A stretch of DNA of 58,909 nt. Source: an uncultured Clostridia bacterium (lineage in GTDB: Bacteria > Bacillota > Clostridia > TANB77 > CAG-465). The notes under the pieces were generated by a model. It had not been told where the DNA came from. It saw nothing but the letters and a program-made list of their open reading frames with translations, and made no database searches. The position numbers and the translations under genes were made by a program. The stretch spans positions 1 through 58,909 of the forward strand of contig CALXBS010000004.1 in assembly GCA_944386605.1 (NCBI GenBank), written 5' to 3'. This document shows positions 39,209 to 49,076 of the stretch, piece after piece (the stretch's first letter is position 1; each line of letters starts with the position of its first letter).

Positions 39209-39607
39209 TTAGTAGAGAATTATCTCCTTTTTTGAATCTTCCATTCCTGCACGAATAAGTCCAAAATTTGCTCCACTAAGAGCACCGACAAGTCCTGTTC
39301 CAATCGATATTGAAGCTACAGGTTTATCTCCAGGAATTGCATCAAAGCACTTCTTAATGATTTCCCGCTGATTATTCCAGCCTTTATCCAAGGAATGGCA
39401 ACAGAGAGCAAAGAATTCAATACCATCAACCTTTTTAGTTAACACTGTACCTAACTTGGTTTCTCCAATGTAAGCCAGTTCAGGCCAAAATTTTCTAGAA
39501 ATCATTCCTGCAAACCCGGAGTCATTTATTCCTTCGGTGTTGACAGCAAAAGCTATCCGTTTTTCGTTACCTTTGAGAATGTCCCCATTTTTTGTTTTAA
39601 TAATCAT
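39209..39607 (-). CDS. stand-alone macro domain protein (ADP-ribose binding/hydrolase-like)
   Basis: 132 aa from ATG 39607, behind a GGAGG RBS. AFAVNTEGINDSGFAGMI and SISIGTGLVGALSG resemble the macro-domain N-x6-GGG and G-x-G-x-x-G blocks. Confidence 0.6.
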   Translation of the reverse strand: MIIKTKNGDILKGNEKRIAFAVNTEGINDSGFAGMISRKFWPELAYIGETKLGTVLTKKVDGIEFFALCCHSLDKGWNNQREIIKKCFDAIPGDKPVASISIGTGLVGALSGANFGLIRAGMEDSKKEIILY

Positions 39608-39862
39608 AATGCCATTTCCTCCTAACCAAATATTTTTAGAATAAATATTATTACATAGGATTATTATAGCACAAAACTCCAATTTTTCAACGTTTTACCA
39701 TAATAATTTAGAATAAGTTTATAATATTGAAAAAATTCCTAGCAAAAAAGATCCATCAAAATTTATATATATCTAACTTAATAAAAATTTTTAATTAATA
39801 CAATTTTAACACAACTAGACTATTTTTATATCATTTTGTTAATTTTTATGAAATAAATGCAA

Positions 39863-39908
39863 AATAAAAAAGTAGTATAATTGCCTGTTTTAAGCCTTTT
39901 ATACTACT
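39863..39908 (-). terminator. terminator downstream of tmRNA
   Basis: AGTAGTATAA-N18-TTATACTACT followed by a U-rich run on the minus strand. Confidence 0.7.
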
Positions 39909-39947
39909 TTATATTATTTTGTAAAATTTTATACAAAAGCATATAAC

Positions 39948-40297
39948 TGGTGGAGATGGTGGGAGTTGAACCCACGTCCATAAATTCTATTCTATCAACT
40001 TCTCCGAGTGCAGTAAATTTTATTTTACAAATTGTTAGCTTAAAAATTTACAAAAATACTATCAACCGAATGGAAAAATCCCCATTAACTTTACCATTAT
40101 CGTTAATTTTGTTGCTAGATCATTCGAAGCCCTTTATTACCCTCTAGCAAAATAATAAAAGACTCGCTACCTTAGGCAGCTAATGCAAATTTATTATTAT
40201 CTGCGTTTAATTTTATTTCTCGTTTTTATAGTGGCCAACGAGAATCCACTACTCGCTATCAATAGAATCAAAATAGATGTCGAAACCTTACATCCCC
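39948..40297 (-). ncRNA. ssrA: transfer-messenger RNA
   Basis: The 5' end is GGGGAUGUAAGGUUUCGAC. The 3' end is GUGGGUUCAACUCCCACCAUCUCCACCA, with a G3-U70 pair in the acceptor stem. The tag ORF GCAGAUAAUAAUAAAUUUGCAUUAGCUGCCUAA (40172-40204) encodes ADNNKFALAA*. Confidence 0.93.
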
Positions 40298-40365
40298 ATA
40301 TAGTTATTATAACATAAAACACTAAAAAAGAATAGCATTTTTTTGAAATATCTAGATCACTTTAC

Positions 40366-40830
40366 TTATTTTTTCCGTAAACATTTTTTAATATATATCA
40401 TTATTTTTTGAAATACATTATATTTTGGAGTTTTTACTAGCAAATTTTGATTATCCATCATATTGTTGCCCTCTACTTCCTCTGAATCAGAAATAGTTGC
40501 CCTTTTAAATGCTTCTTCTGGGCAAAATCCCACCTTCTGTTCTTCTATCATACGTCTATCATCATTTTGTTTTTTTATGATTTTTTCTCTTTGAATATCT
40601 GTAGCCCAGTAATCTCTAAAAAGAATTGCTATAATCCCTTTTGCTATTTTTGAAACATTTTGTTCATTTAGTGTTTTATTAGGTGAATAAGTAAAATGAT
40701 AATTATCATTTGCATTTTCTTTAAACAATTCAATTTTATTTTTAGGTATTTTATTATAATCCTCTAAAGAAACATACTTTAATATTTGCAATACTTCGGT
40801 ATAAGCATTTGCATAGTTTATATCAATCAT
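40366..40830 (-). CDS. hypothetical protein, downstream partner of the 365-aa ORF
   Basis: 154 aa. Starts 10 nt after the stop of 40841..41938. No family recognised. Confidence 0.55.
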   Translation of the reverse strand: MIDINYANAYTEVLQILKYVSLEDYNKIPKNKIELFKENANDNYHFTYSPNKTLNEQNVSKIAKGIIAILFRDYWATDIQREKIIKKQNDDRRMIEEQKVGFCPEEAFKRATISDSEEVEGNNMMDNQNLLVKTPKYNVFQKIMIYIKKCLRKK

Positions 40831-40840
40831 ATTTCATCTC

Positions 40841-41938
40841 CTACCTATTTTGCACATTTTTTTGTGCATTTTGTCGCTCTATCATCATTCTTTCTTGTAC
40901 TTTTTGATCACTTTCTATTTTATCTAAAAAAGCAGTATCTTGTTGTTCTTCCCAACTTTCTAAGCCTAATTTTTCAGTAAATAATTGTTCTTTTTGTTTT
41001 GCATAAAACATAAAATCGTCTAATATATCCAGTTTAATATCTCCATAAACTTTACATCTATCATACATTTCCATTAAAATATGTAACATATCTGTCCTTC
41101 CATTAGAATCTGTTACTTGCATGATTCTTTCTGGCTCGATTTTTGCGTCAAAGTAAGTATGCATATTCCATTTATCCATAACAATACTATTCACATCACT
41201 ATACTCTCCATACATTTCCTTCATGTAAAGGTAAGGTTTTATATTTCCCCTTTCCTTCTGATCAAGTGCATTTTTCTTGTTATAATCTATATCATCAGAT
41301 GAAAAATCTACTTCTGGTTTTAAATCTACTGTCAAAAAAATTTTTTCTTTTAAAGAATGATAGGATAACTCAAAAGCTTTTTCTTTTCGCATATTATCTA
41401 CTAAATATTCTTTACTTAAAAAGGCTTTTCCCCATTCATGATATTTTAAATTCCTCTCTTCTTCCTCTAATCCGTTATAAATGCCAAATTGATTTTTTTC
41501 TCCATACATTCTGTGCATAAGCCATTTTATCCAAGTGTTCGTTCCCTGTAAAGTAGAAATCATGCCAGATGAAAAGAAAATGGATGCTTTTTCATCAATA
41601 CCATCTGAATGCTTACCAATATTTGAAATTAAACCATTTTGATTAATAGACATTAAACTATTTTCATCTGTAAAATGAAAATATGTATTTACAACATCTA
41701 AATCACTCAGCTTACATTTTTTGGGTAATCTATCTTGAAAATGCTTTCTAACATCTTCTATTGTTGAGATATTGTTTCTATCTAATTCTTGTCTAACTTC
41801 CTCATCATCTAAAGTAACAAGTTTATCGATTAATTGTCTAATACTTGTTTTATTTTTTTCATTGATCATGTCATTTAATACATTTATAATATCTTGTTTA
41901 GATATCATTTGTTGAGACATTTCCTTCACATCCTTCAT
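40841..41938 (-). CDS. hypothetical protein
   Basis: 365 aa. The segment YFHFTDENSLMSINQNGL...ASIFFSSG faintly recalls the H-x-T / beta-strand motifs of ADP-ribosyltransferase folds. This is not established. Confidence 0.55.
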   Translation of the reverse strand: MKDVKEMSQQMISKQDIINVLNDMINEKNKTSIRQLIDKLVTLDDEEVRQELDRNNISTIEDVRKHFQDRLPKKCKLSDLDVVNTYFHFTDENSLMSINQNGLISNIGKHSDGIDEKASIFFSSGMISTLQGTNTWIKWLMHRMYGEKNQFGIYNGLEEEERNLKYHEWGKAFLSKEYLVDNMRKEKAFELSYHSLKEKIFLTVDLKPEVDFSSDDIDYNKKNALDQKERGNIKPYLYMKEMYGEYSDVNSIVMDKWNMHTYFDAKIEPERIMQVTDSNGRTDMLHILMEMYDRCKVYGDIKLDILDDFMFYAKQKEQLFTEKLGLESWEEQQDTAFLDKIESDQKVQERMMIERQNAQKNVQNR

Positions 41939-42105
41939 TATCTAAAACCATTATTATCATTATATCATATCGAAAAAAAAATAAAAATATGTCTGAGACA
42001 ATTTTTAAATCTGCTAAGTTCTTCATTTGACTTTTCAAGTATTATGTTATATAATAGAGGGAGTTTTTCGTATATATCCCACTTTTATTAAGAAAGGAGA
42101 CCATT

Positions 42106-42612
42106 ATGGTAAATGATTATTCTAGAACTGCCCTAAAAGAATTATTAACATGGGGCATTCAGTCCATATCCGAATTTACAAACATTCGGGAGCATGTAGG
42201 AAATGCAACGATTGAATTACAGCTTTTTTCCGATAACATGCTTTATACCATGCTTCATTTTATGAATGAGAAAAAGACTTTTGCTGATGAGTCAGAAGCA
42301 AGACATGAAATCATCAACAATTTCATTAATGACTATCGTGCACATCATAGGATTAGAAGAAAAGAAGATTTTTACCCAGAAGAATATGATAACAGACCAG
42401 ATATTCAATTTTTATTTTGGTGTGTTTGGATCATTCCTAATATTCTTGTTAATCCTGTAAGCAATACTTATCATGAAGAGCACGCAAACAAATTTATCAC
42501 TAAAATTCCATATTTACTTTCTATTTATGATGAGCATTTTGCAAATGAACCACAGGAAAATGTCTTTAAAATATTAACACAAGCAATGTCATTTTGTTTA
42601 ATTTTTCCTTAA
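42106..42612 (+). CDS. hypothetical protein
   Basis: 168 aa with an AAAGGAGA RBS. No family recognised. Confidence 0.55.
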   Translation: MVNDYSRTALKELLTWGIQSISEFTNIREHVGNATIELQLFSDNMLYTMLHFMNEKKTFADESEARHEIINNFINDYRAHHRIRRKEDFYPEEYDNRPDIQFLFWCVWIIPNILVNPVSNTYHEEHANKFITKIPYLLSIYDEHFANEPQENVFKILTQAMSFCLIFP

Positions 42613-42616
42613 TATA

Positions 42617-42658
42617 CAAAAATCCCAATAGAATTTTTTCTTCTATTGGGTATTTTTG
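42617..42658. terminator. bidirectional terminator (end of the rplJL operon)
   Basis: CCCAATAGAA-N7-TTCTATTGGG flanked by A/T runs. Confidence 0.8.
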
Positions 42659-42681
42659 TTTACATTTCTGCAAATTTAAAA

Positions 42682-43053
42682 TTATTCCATAACTGCTACG
42701 GCACCAGCTGCTTTTAAAGCTTCTACTAATTTTTCAGCTTCTTCCTTAGGCATAGCTTCTTTTACAGTCTTAGGTGCTGCATCTACTAAATCTTTAGCAT
42801 CTTTTAATCCTAAACCTGTAGCTTCTCTAACTGCTTTGATAACTGCAATTTTAGATGCACCAGCGTCTTTTAATACTACGTTAAATTCTGATTTTTCTTC
42901 AGCTGCTGCAGCTCCACCTGCAACAGGTCCAGCAGCAACAACAGCTGCAGCTGCACTTACTCCAAATTCTTCTTCAATAGCTTTTACTAGATCAGCTAGT
43001 TCTACTACTGATAATCCTTTTATTTCTTCCATTATTTTTTCTATTTTTTCCAT
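42682..43053 (-). CDS. rplL: 50S ribosomal protein L7/L12
   Basis: 123 aa with an Ala/Gly hinge and a C-terminal domain ...LKDAKDLVD...[14 protein letters not shown]. Confidence 0.97.
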   Translation of the reverse strand: MEKIEKIMEEIKGLSVVELADLVKAIEEEFGVSAAAAVVAAGPVAGGAAAAEEKSEFNVVLKDAGASKIAVIKAVREATGLGLKDAKDLVDAAPKTVKEAMPKEEAEKLVEALKAAGAVAVME

Positions 43054-43107
43054 TTTAAAATCCTCCTTAAATATCTAAAAATAATTTCTTCCTAAATTAA
43101 ATCCATA

Positions 43108-43608
43108 CTATGCATTCTCTTCTTGTTTTTCTTTTACTTGATTTAATACTACTGCAAGATTTCTGATATTTCCAAGTAATGCAGAAGCAAGCATAGTGTA
43201 TAATGTTTCTTTTGATGGTAGATTTGCGATTTTCTTAATTTCGCTTTCTTCAACTTTTCTACCTTCTAAGATTCCTAATTTAATACGATAAAAATCGTGA
43301 TCTTTTGCATAATCATAAACTGCTTTTGCAGCTTCGATGTAATTTTCATTTGCAATAATAACAGCAGTTGGTCCTTCTAAGTTTTCAATTCCTTCTACTT
43401 TAGCATTTTTAGCAGCAAATTCAATTGTAGAATTTTTTACTACCATACATTCATTTCCATTTTCTCTTAAAGCAGCACGTAATTTTGTATCATCTTCAAC
43501 GTTGATACCTCTATATTCTACCAACATGATCATTGTTGCATTTTCAAATTTCTTTGATAATTCTTCTACTTTCTTTTGTTTGATATCTAATACTTTTTTA
43601 CTTGGCAC
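43108..43608 (-). CDS. rplJ: 50S ribosomal protein L10
   Basis: 166 aa with a GTG start. Supported by its position upstream of rplL and L10-like sequence (VEYRGINVEDDTKLR). Confidence 0.93.
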   Translation of the reverse strand: MPSKKVLDIKQKKVEELSKKFENATMIMLVEYRGINVEDDTKLRAALRENGNECMVVKNSTIEFAAKNAKVEGIENLEGPTAVIIANENYIEAAKAVYDYAKDHDFYRIKLGILEGRKVEESEIKKIANLPSKETLYTMLASALLGNIRNLAVVLNQVKEKQEENA

Positions 43609-43745
43609 TTTTTATGACACCTCCTCAAATGCAAAAAAAGTTCTTGTTAAATACTACCAAGATTACACATAGTATCTAACAAGAATTCCGTTCCTATTAG
43701 CTTATCATTGTAACCTCGGTAGGAATTATGGAATTAACATTCCAC
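43609..43745 (-). promoter_or_regulatory. rplJ (L10) leader with an intrinsic attenuator hairpin
   Basis: 137-nt leader between rplA and rplJ. A long hairpin (UUCUUGUU...AACAAGAA, 43633-43686) followed by U7 ends about 25 nt before the start codon. This matches the Firmicute L10-leader attenuation mechanism. Confidence 0.6.
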
Positions 43746-44423
43746 CTACTGTCTTGGGTTTACTTTTATTCCAGCGCCCATAGTTGTTGATATAGCAATT
43801 GATTTTAAGTATGTTCCTTTCGCAGCTGCTGGTTTTGCTTTTACAATAGCATCTAATAATGTATTGTAGTTTTGCATTAACTTTTCAGCACCGAAAGATA
43901 CTTTTCCAATTGGACAATGAATAATATTATTCTTATCTAATCTATATTCAATTTTACCAGCTTTAATTTCAGTAACTGCTTTTGCTACATCCATTGTAAC
44001 AGTACCTGATTTTGGATTTGGCATAAGACCTTTAGGTCCAAGTAGCTTAGCAATTCTTCCTAATGAAGCCATCATATCAGGTGTAGCAACAACAACATCA
44101 TAATCAAACCATCCGCCTTGGATTTTTTGAATCATATCATCATCACCAACAAAATCAGCACCTGCTTCTTTAGCAGCTTCTGCTTTGTCACCTTTAGCAA
44201 TGACTAAAACTTTTTTTGTTTTACCTGTTCCATTTGGAAGCACAATAACGCCTCTTACTTGTTGATCTGCTTGTTTAGAATCAACACCTAATTTAATGTG
44301 CATTTCAACAGTTTCATCAAATTTAGCTTTAGGCATTTTAAGTGCTATATCCATTGCTTCAGATAAGTCATAAAGTTTACCTGGTTCAACTAATTTCATA
44401 GCTTCTTTCATTCTTTTGCTCAT
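43746..44423 (-). CDS. rplA: 50S ribosomal protein L1
   Basis: 225 aa with an L1-typical sequence ([13 protein letters not shown]...QQVRG). Confidence 0.97.
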   Translation of the reverse strand: MSKRMKEAMKLVEPGKLYDLSEAMDIALKMPKAKFDETVEMHIKLGVDSKQADQQVRGVIVLPNGTGKTKKVLVIAKGDKAEAAKEAGADFVGDDDMIQKIQGGWFDYDVVVATPDMMASLGRIAKLLGPKGLMPNPKSGTVTMDVAKAVTEIKAGKIEYRLDKNNIIHCPIGKVSFGAEKLMQNYNTLLDAIVKAKPAAAKGTYLKSIAISTTMGAGIKVNPRQ

Positions 44424-44474
44424 TCTTTTTCCCTCCTTTGGTCATAGCGAACATATTTTTATGCTCTCCCATTA

Positions 44475-44906
44475 TTAGCCTATAACTTCGATCCCCATTG
44501 ATCTAGCTGTACCCTTAATAATAGATACTGCTGATTCTAATGATGATGCGTTAAGGTCTTTCATTTTAATTTTTGCAATTTCTTCCACTTGTGCAAGAGT
44601 TACTTTTCCCACTTTTTCTTTATGTGGTTTACCAGAAGCTTTTTCAATTTTTGCTGCTTGTTTTAAAAGTACTGCTGCAGGTGGGGTTTTTAGAATATAT
44701 TCAAATGATTTGTCTGCATAAACAGTAAGTACAACTGGGAATATCATTCCAGCATCCTTTGCTGTTTTTTCATTGAAATCTTTACAAAATTGCATAATGT
44801 TAATTCCTGTTGGTCCCAATGCAGGTCCTACTGGTGGTGCAGGATTTGCTTTTCCAGCTTGTATTTGCAATTTTACTACATGTGTAACTTTCTTTTCAGC
44901 CATCAT
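44475..44906 (-). CDS. rplK: 50S ribosomal protein L11
   Basis: Sequence [21 protein letters not shown]. Start set to ATG 44906, behind an AAGGAGGTG RBS. Confidence 0.95.
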   Translation of the reverse strand: MMAEKKVTHVVKLQIQAGKANPAPPVGPALGPTGINIMQFCKDFNEKTAKDAGMIFPVVLTVYADKSFEYILKTPPAAVLLKQAAKIEKASGKPHKEKVGKVTLAQVEEIAKIKMKDLNASSLESAVSIIKGTARSMGIEVIG

Positions 44907-44969
44907 TTTCACCTCCTTAAGCATTGCAATTTATATAAATATATAGAAACTATATACTTAAATACTTAT

Positions 44970-45536
44970 TTATATTTTTTGAATTTGGTTAAAATCTAAT
45001 TCAACAGTAGTTTCTCTGCCAAACATAGATACTTTAACCTTTACTCTTTTTTTATCTTTAAATATTTCTTCAATAACTGCTGAATAATTATAGAATGGTT
45101 CTGCTGTTATTCTAACACTATCTCCTACCTCAAAATCAAGGTTAATAATATCTTCAATTCCTAAAGATTGCATTTCCTTATCTGTTAAAGGTAAAGGCTT
45201 ATCCCCAACTCCAACAAAATTAAAAACACCTTTTATATTTTTAACAACATACCATGTTTCATCAGACATAATCATCTTTACAAGAACATATCCTGGAAAA
45301 ACTTTTTTAATAGAAGTTTTTTGTTTTCCATCTTTAATTTCTATTTCTTCTTCCATTGGGATAATAATTTCTTGAATTTTCTCTTGGAGTCCTCTATTTT
45401 CAACAATTTTTTCTAGAGTTGCTTTTACTTTATTCTCATATCCAGAATAAGTATATACAACATACCAACGTGCTAATTCTGTCTCTTCATGGTTTGTATT
45501 GTCTTCATTTAAAACGTCTTGTTTATTTTCCTCCAC
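44970..45536 (-). CDS. nusG: transcription termination/antitermination factor NusG
   Basis: NGN domain (WYVVYTYSGYENKV) and a KOW domain. Conserved secE-nusG-rplK order. Confidence 0.95.
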   Translation of the reverse strand: MEENKQDVLNEDNTNHEETELARWYVVYTYSGYENKVKATLEKIVENRGLQEKIQEIIIPMEEEIEIKDGKQKTSIKKVFPGYVLVKMIMSDETWYVVKNIKGVFNFVGVGDKPLPLTDKEMQSLGIEDIINLDFEVGDSVRITAEPFYNYSAVIEEIFKDKKRVKVKVSMFGRETTVELDFNQIQKI

Positions 45537-45577
45537 AATTTTCAGCTCCTTTTTTAGTTTTAGTATGATTGATATTG

Positions 45578-45775
45578 TTATCCTATTTTATTTAAGATGA
45601 CATCCCATAATTTGCTATCTGCAAATTCAAGAATCATATCGAAGCCAAGCACTATTACAGCAAAAGCTAATATCAATAGTACTACTAATACTGTATTATT
45701 TATTAATTGTTTTTTGGTTGGCCATACAACTTTTTTTAATTCGGCTTTTACACCTTTAAAAAATCCTTTTGCCAT
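45578..45775 (-). CDS. secE: preprotein translocase subunit SecE
   Basis: 65 aa with a single TM helix. Sits directly upstream of nusG. Confidence 0.85.
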   Translation of the reverse strand: MAKGFFKGVKAELKKVVWPTKKQLINNTVLVVLLILAFAVIVLGFDMILEFADSKLWDVILNKIG

Positions 45776-45928
45776 AACAATCTCTCCTTAAACACAACAT
45801 ACTCCCACCATTCTATGATGAACATAGAATACTGGGGGCTTCTCGTTTTATATTTTTGTTAACGAGCTATCCCCGTGTGTTTCACGGTTCTATAGATTTG
45901 GTTATTTTACAAGTTTTTAACCGTTTTT

Positions 45929-45957
45929 AGTATAGCATTGATCACTTACTTTGTCAA
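45929..45957 (-). promoter_or_regulatory. sigma-A promoter for secE-nusG
   Basis: Minus strand reads TTGACA-17 nt-TATACT. It leaves a leader of about 150 nt. Confidence 0.6.
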
Positions 45958-46010
45958 GCTAAGTACATCCTCTTTCTATACGAAAGACCAACTCTATGAT
46001 TTATCAAAAA

Positions 46011-46160
46011 CTATTTTGTTTCTTTGTGAATTGTATGTTTTCCACAAAATTTACAGAATTTTCTTTTTTCTAATCTATCAGGATTATTTCTTTTATTCTT
46101 CTCTGTTTCATAATTTCTTTGCTTGCATTCAGTACATGCTAATGTTAGATTTTCTCTCAT
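46011..46160 (-). CDS. rpmG: 50S ribosomal protein L33
   Basis: Not in the ORF track (49 aa). Sequence is [49 protein letters not shown], with a GGAGGTG RBS. The track ORF 45938..46162 (+) is antisense to it. Confidence 0.9.
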   Translation of the reverse strand: MRENLTLACTECKQRNYETEKNKRNNPDRLEKRKFCKFCGKHTIHKETK

Positions 46161-46259
46161 AAAAAACACCTCCACGCTCTATCAATCATGTATGCCAAAT
46201 TATTCTACCATATTTTTATTGTAAAGTCAAGAAAAAATGCGACAAAATTTTATTTAGTA

Positions 46260-47126
46260 CTAGATTAGAACCTTTTTCTCACGCATATTATAAAACAAAT
46301 GTTGTTGTACAATTCCAGCATCTTGTTGAAACATCGTATTTGCATAATCTAAAATATCTTTTTTCTTAACCTTTCCATCATTAATTCTAAAATATAGTAT
46401 TGCCATCACTCTTTCTACCCATACATCAATAGGAAATACCTCTTTTCGATCACACGAAAATAGCATAATGCAATCTGCTACTTTTTGTCCTACTCCTTTC
46501 AAAGTAAGTAATTTTTTTCTTAATTCCTCTGTGGAAAGTTTCTTGATTTCTTCTTCCTCTATTTTATGTGAAAGAATATCTTGAACTGTTTGAACAAGAT
46601 AAGCATCTCTAAAGCCTACACCACATTCTCTAAATTCTTTTTGGGTTACTTTTTCTAACTCTTTCAGAGTAGGAAATAAATAATATTCCTCTCCTTCAAA
46701 AGTTACTTTTTTACCATATCGTTCAGCAATTTTTTGAACAGATCCTTTAATTCTAGGAATATTATTATTTGCTGAAATAATATAAGAAATAAGTGTTTCA
46801 AAAAAATCTTGCTTTAAAAGACGTAATCCACTGGTATTTTCTAATGCATTTTTTATATTCTCATCTATTTTACAAATCCTATTTTCTATTTCTACATAAT
46901 TTTCATCTAAACTAAAATAATGTCTTACGGTTTCTTCTAAATTCTCTTCTACATTACTTTTAATATATAATTTATTTCCTTCTTGTTTTATTTTTAATAC
47001 TCTATCCTTAATAATGCCTATATACTCATTTTTTTCTGGATCAAGCGCTTGCCATCTAAAACATTGACCACATTCTAATGTGTCTTTTAAACAAAAACAT
47101 TCTACATTTAATACGAACTCTTTCAT
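46260..47126 (-). CDS. ogg: 8-oxoguanine DNA glycosylase / HhH-GPD family (Ogg-like)
   Basis: OGG_N-like LECGQCFRWQ and an HhH-GPD region (LLTLKGVGQKVADCIMLF...FPIDVW). Confidence 0.8.
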   Translation of the reverse strand: MKEFVLNVECFCLKDTLECGQCFRWQALDPEKNEYIGIIKDRVLKIKQEGNKLYIKSNVEENLEETVRHYFSLDENYVEIENRICKIDENIKNALENTSGLRLLKQDFFETLISYIISANNNIPRIKGSVQKIAERYGKKVTFEGEEYYLFPTLKELEKVTQKEFRECGVGFRDAYLVQTVQDILSHKIEEEEIKKLSTEELRKKLLTLKGVGQKVADCIMLFSCDRKEVFPIDVWVERVMAILYFRINDGKVKKKDILDYANTMFQQDAGIVQQHLFYNMREKKVLI

Positions 47127-47953
47127 TTTACATCCCTATTTCTTTTAAGCCTTGGAATAAATTTTTCTGCAAATTGATATTCATCACGATTTTTAATATA
47201 TAAATAACCTATAATAGAAAACACAATAGCACCTATAAAATTAACAATTAAATCTTTCATTGTATCTATAATACCAAGATCTAAGTAACCACCTTCTATC
47301 GTTGTTTCTACTAAATTACCATTCTTATCTTCATGATAAATAACGGTATGATCAATATCATCAATCGTATATTCTTTATTTTTTCCTTCTGGGTTTAAAT
47401 GAATACTAGAAATAGAATTTACAATAGTATCTTTTTGCATATCCATTTGAAAAACTTGATCCCCTGTAAATTCAAAAAATTCCCATAAAACACCAATGGT
47501 CATTGAAAAACAAAAAGCTACTACTGCAACAAAAATAGGAGATAAATTAATGTGAACATTTTCACTTTTATTAAATATATCTACCAAAGAAAAACCAATT
47601 GCAGCACACAAGAATCCATTAATGGTATGAAGCATCGTATCCCAATGCTTAAATATTCCATAAAAATTTTGTAATTCTCCCAAAATTTCTGCTGAAAAAA
47701 TAAAAAGTAAAATAATAATTTCCAAAGCATTTGGAAGTTCAATTTTTAACCTTCTATCCACAATAAAAGGTATTAAAAATAAAATAAGTGTTAAAACACA
47801 CAAAAATACATTATCCCAATTCCTATGTAATATTTGTGCAATTAATGAAATAATGACTAATGTTCTTAAAATAAAATATACTATTAAAGTACTTTTTTTG
47901 CTCTCCCTATACGCTTCTTTTACATTTTTTAACATAAACTTCTCCTTATTCAT
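47123..47953 (-). CDS. hypothetical multi-pass membrane protein
   Basis: 276 aa with several TM helices. Overlaps ogg by 4 nt and the DHHW gene by 8 nt, so it is in the same operon. Confidence 0.6.
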   Translation of the reverse strand: MNKEKFMLKNVKEAYRESKKSTLIVYFILRTLVIISLIAQILHRNWDNVFLCVLTLILFLIPFIVDRRLKIELPNALEIIILLFIFSAEILGELQNFYGIFKHWDTMLHTINGFLCAAIGFSLVDIFNKSENVHINLSPIFVAVVAFCFSMTIGVLWEFFEFTGDQVFQMDMQKDTIVNSISSIHLNPEGKNKEYTIDDIDHTVIYHEDKNGNLVETTIEGGYLDLGIIDTMKDLIVNFIGAIVFSIIGYLYIKNRDEYQFAEKFIPRLKRNRDVK

Positions 47954-49073
47954 TACTTTGATTTAATATCGTTTCTAAACTTGTATCCCCAAAAAAGGTA
48001 TTCATATTGTATAAAAATAAAACATCGGTTATTTTTTTACCATTAATAATCTCCATGATATCTCCATAATAATAACGTGGATCAATTACAACAATCTCAC
48101 TATAATATGGAATTAAAAAAGGAATCAAACAATTTGCATAAGAGTCTTTAAAAATCAGTAATCTTTTGTCACCAGATACATTTGTTGCAATATCAATTCT
48201 TGCGTGATTTCCACCAAAAAATACCTCATATGCATTACTACTGTACTGTTTTTCTAAATCATAGACAGTTGTAGCACTTTTTCCTTCTTCTGGATAAGTA
48301 ACATAATAGACAATATCCTCTGTTTTTGGTAAGTAAATTTCTACAACATCCTCTACCTCTTCATAAGAAATTTTGTTAGCAAGTGTCCCTATAAAATGAT
48401 TATTACTAACATATACATCATATTCATATTTTGTTTCCTGATCTTTTAAAAACTCATCTGCCAAATATTTAGCTGAAAGTGTTGTCCAATGATGATCAGT
48501 ATCATAAAATATTTTCTCCTCTTTATGAGCAAGTAAAATATCTTTTGCATTTATTTTTATCATCTTATCTGTTAATTTAGATAAAAATGTATCATAAAAA
48601 TCTAATTGCTGATATTCTGTGTCAATCTCTTCTGCATAAATTCCAGCCTTATTTGGAATTAGCATCATATTCATAATAATATCTGGATTTTGCTCTTGAA
48701 AAGCATTGATTAGATTTGCTTTTAGGTTCATGACCTCTTCTGTAGGATAAACAGGTTCTTGAATAAGTCTACCATTTTCTCCAAAATAAACATCTTGTAT
48801 CTTCTTTACCCCTAATCCTTTTACTAATTTTGTTTTTAAACTCATTAACTTATAGCGTAATGGAAATTGATCCTCTATATATTCTTCATAATTTTTTTGA
48901 AATTTTCCTTCCTGATAACTGGAAATAGAAAAATCTGGTTTTTGTGCAAGTGCTCTTTGTTCTTTTTCAGAAATCTCCTGATCAGGTATGATTATTTGAA
49001 CAAGGAAAATACTGATTAGAATAGCAAATAAAGTAATACCCATTCCTAAATTTTTATTTTTCATCTCTTGCAC
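47946..49073 (-). CDS. DHHW-family protein (AlgJ/AlgX-like acyltransferase partner)
   Basis: N-terminal TM helix and the diagnostic YDTDHHWTT motif. Confidence 0.75.
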   Translation of the reverse strand: MQEMKNKNLGMGITLFAILISIFLVQIIIPDQEISEKEQRALAQKPDFSISSYQEGKFQKNYEEYIEDQFPLRYKLMSLKTKLVKGLGVKKIQDVYFGENGRLIQEPVYPTEEVMNLKANLINAFQEQNPDIIMNMMLIPNKAGIYAEEIDTEYQQLDFYDTFLSKLTDKMIKINAKDILLAHKEEKIFYDTDHHWTTLSAKYLADEFLKDQETKYEYDVYVSNNHFIGTLANKISYEEVEDVVEIYLPKTEDIVYYVTYPEEGKSATTVYDLEKQYSSNAYEVFFGGNHARIDIATNVSGDKRLLIFKDSYANCLIPFLIPYYSEIVVIDPRYYYGDIMEIINGKKITDVLFLYNMNTFFGDTSLETILNQSNE

Positions 49074-49076
49074 CTC

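Noticed and set aside
39950-40147. 65-aa plus-strand ORF from the track
   Set aside because: It lies entirely antisense within the tmRNA gene (39948..40297). It has no RBS and is an artefact.
45938-46162. 74-aa plus-strand ORF
   Set aside because: It is antisense to the clearly recognisable rpmG (L33) gene at 46011..46160.
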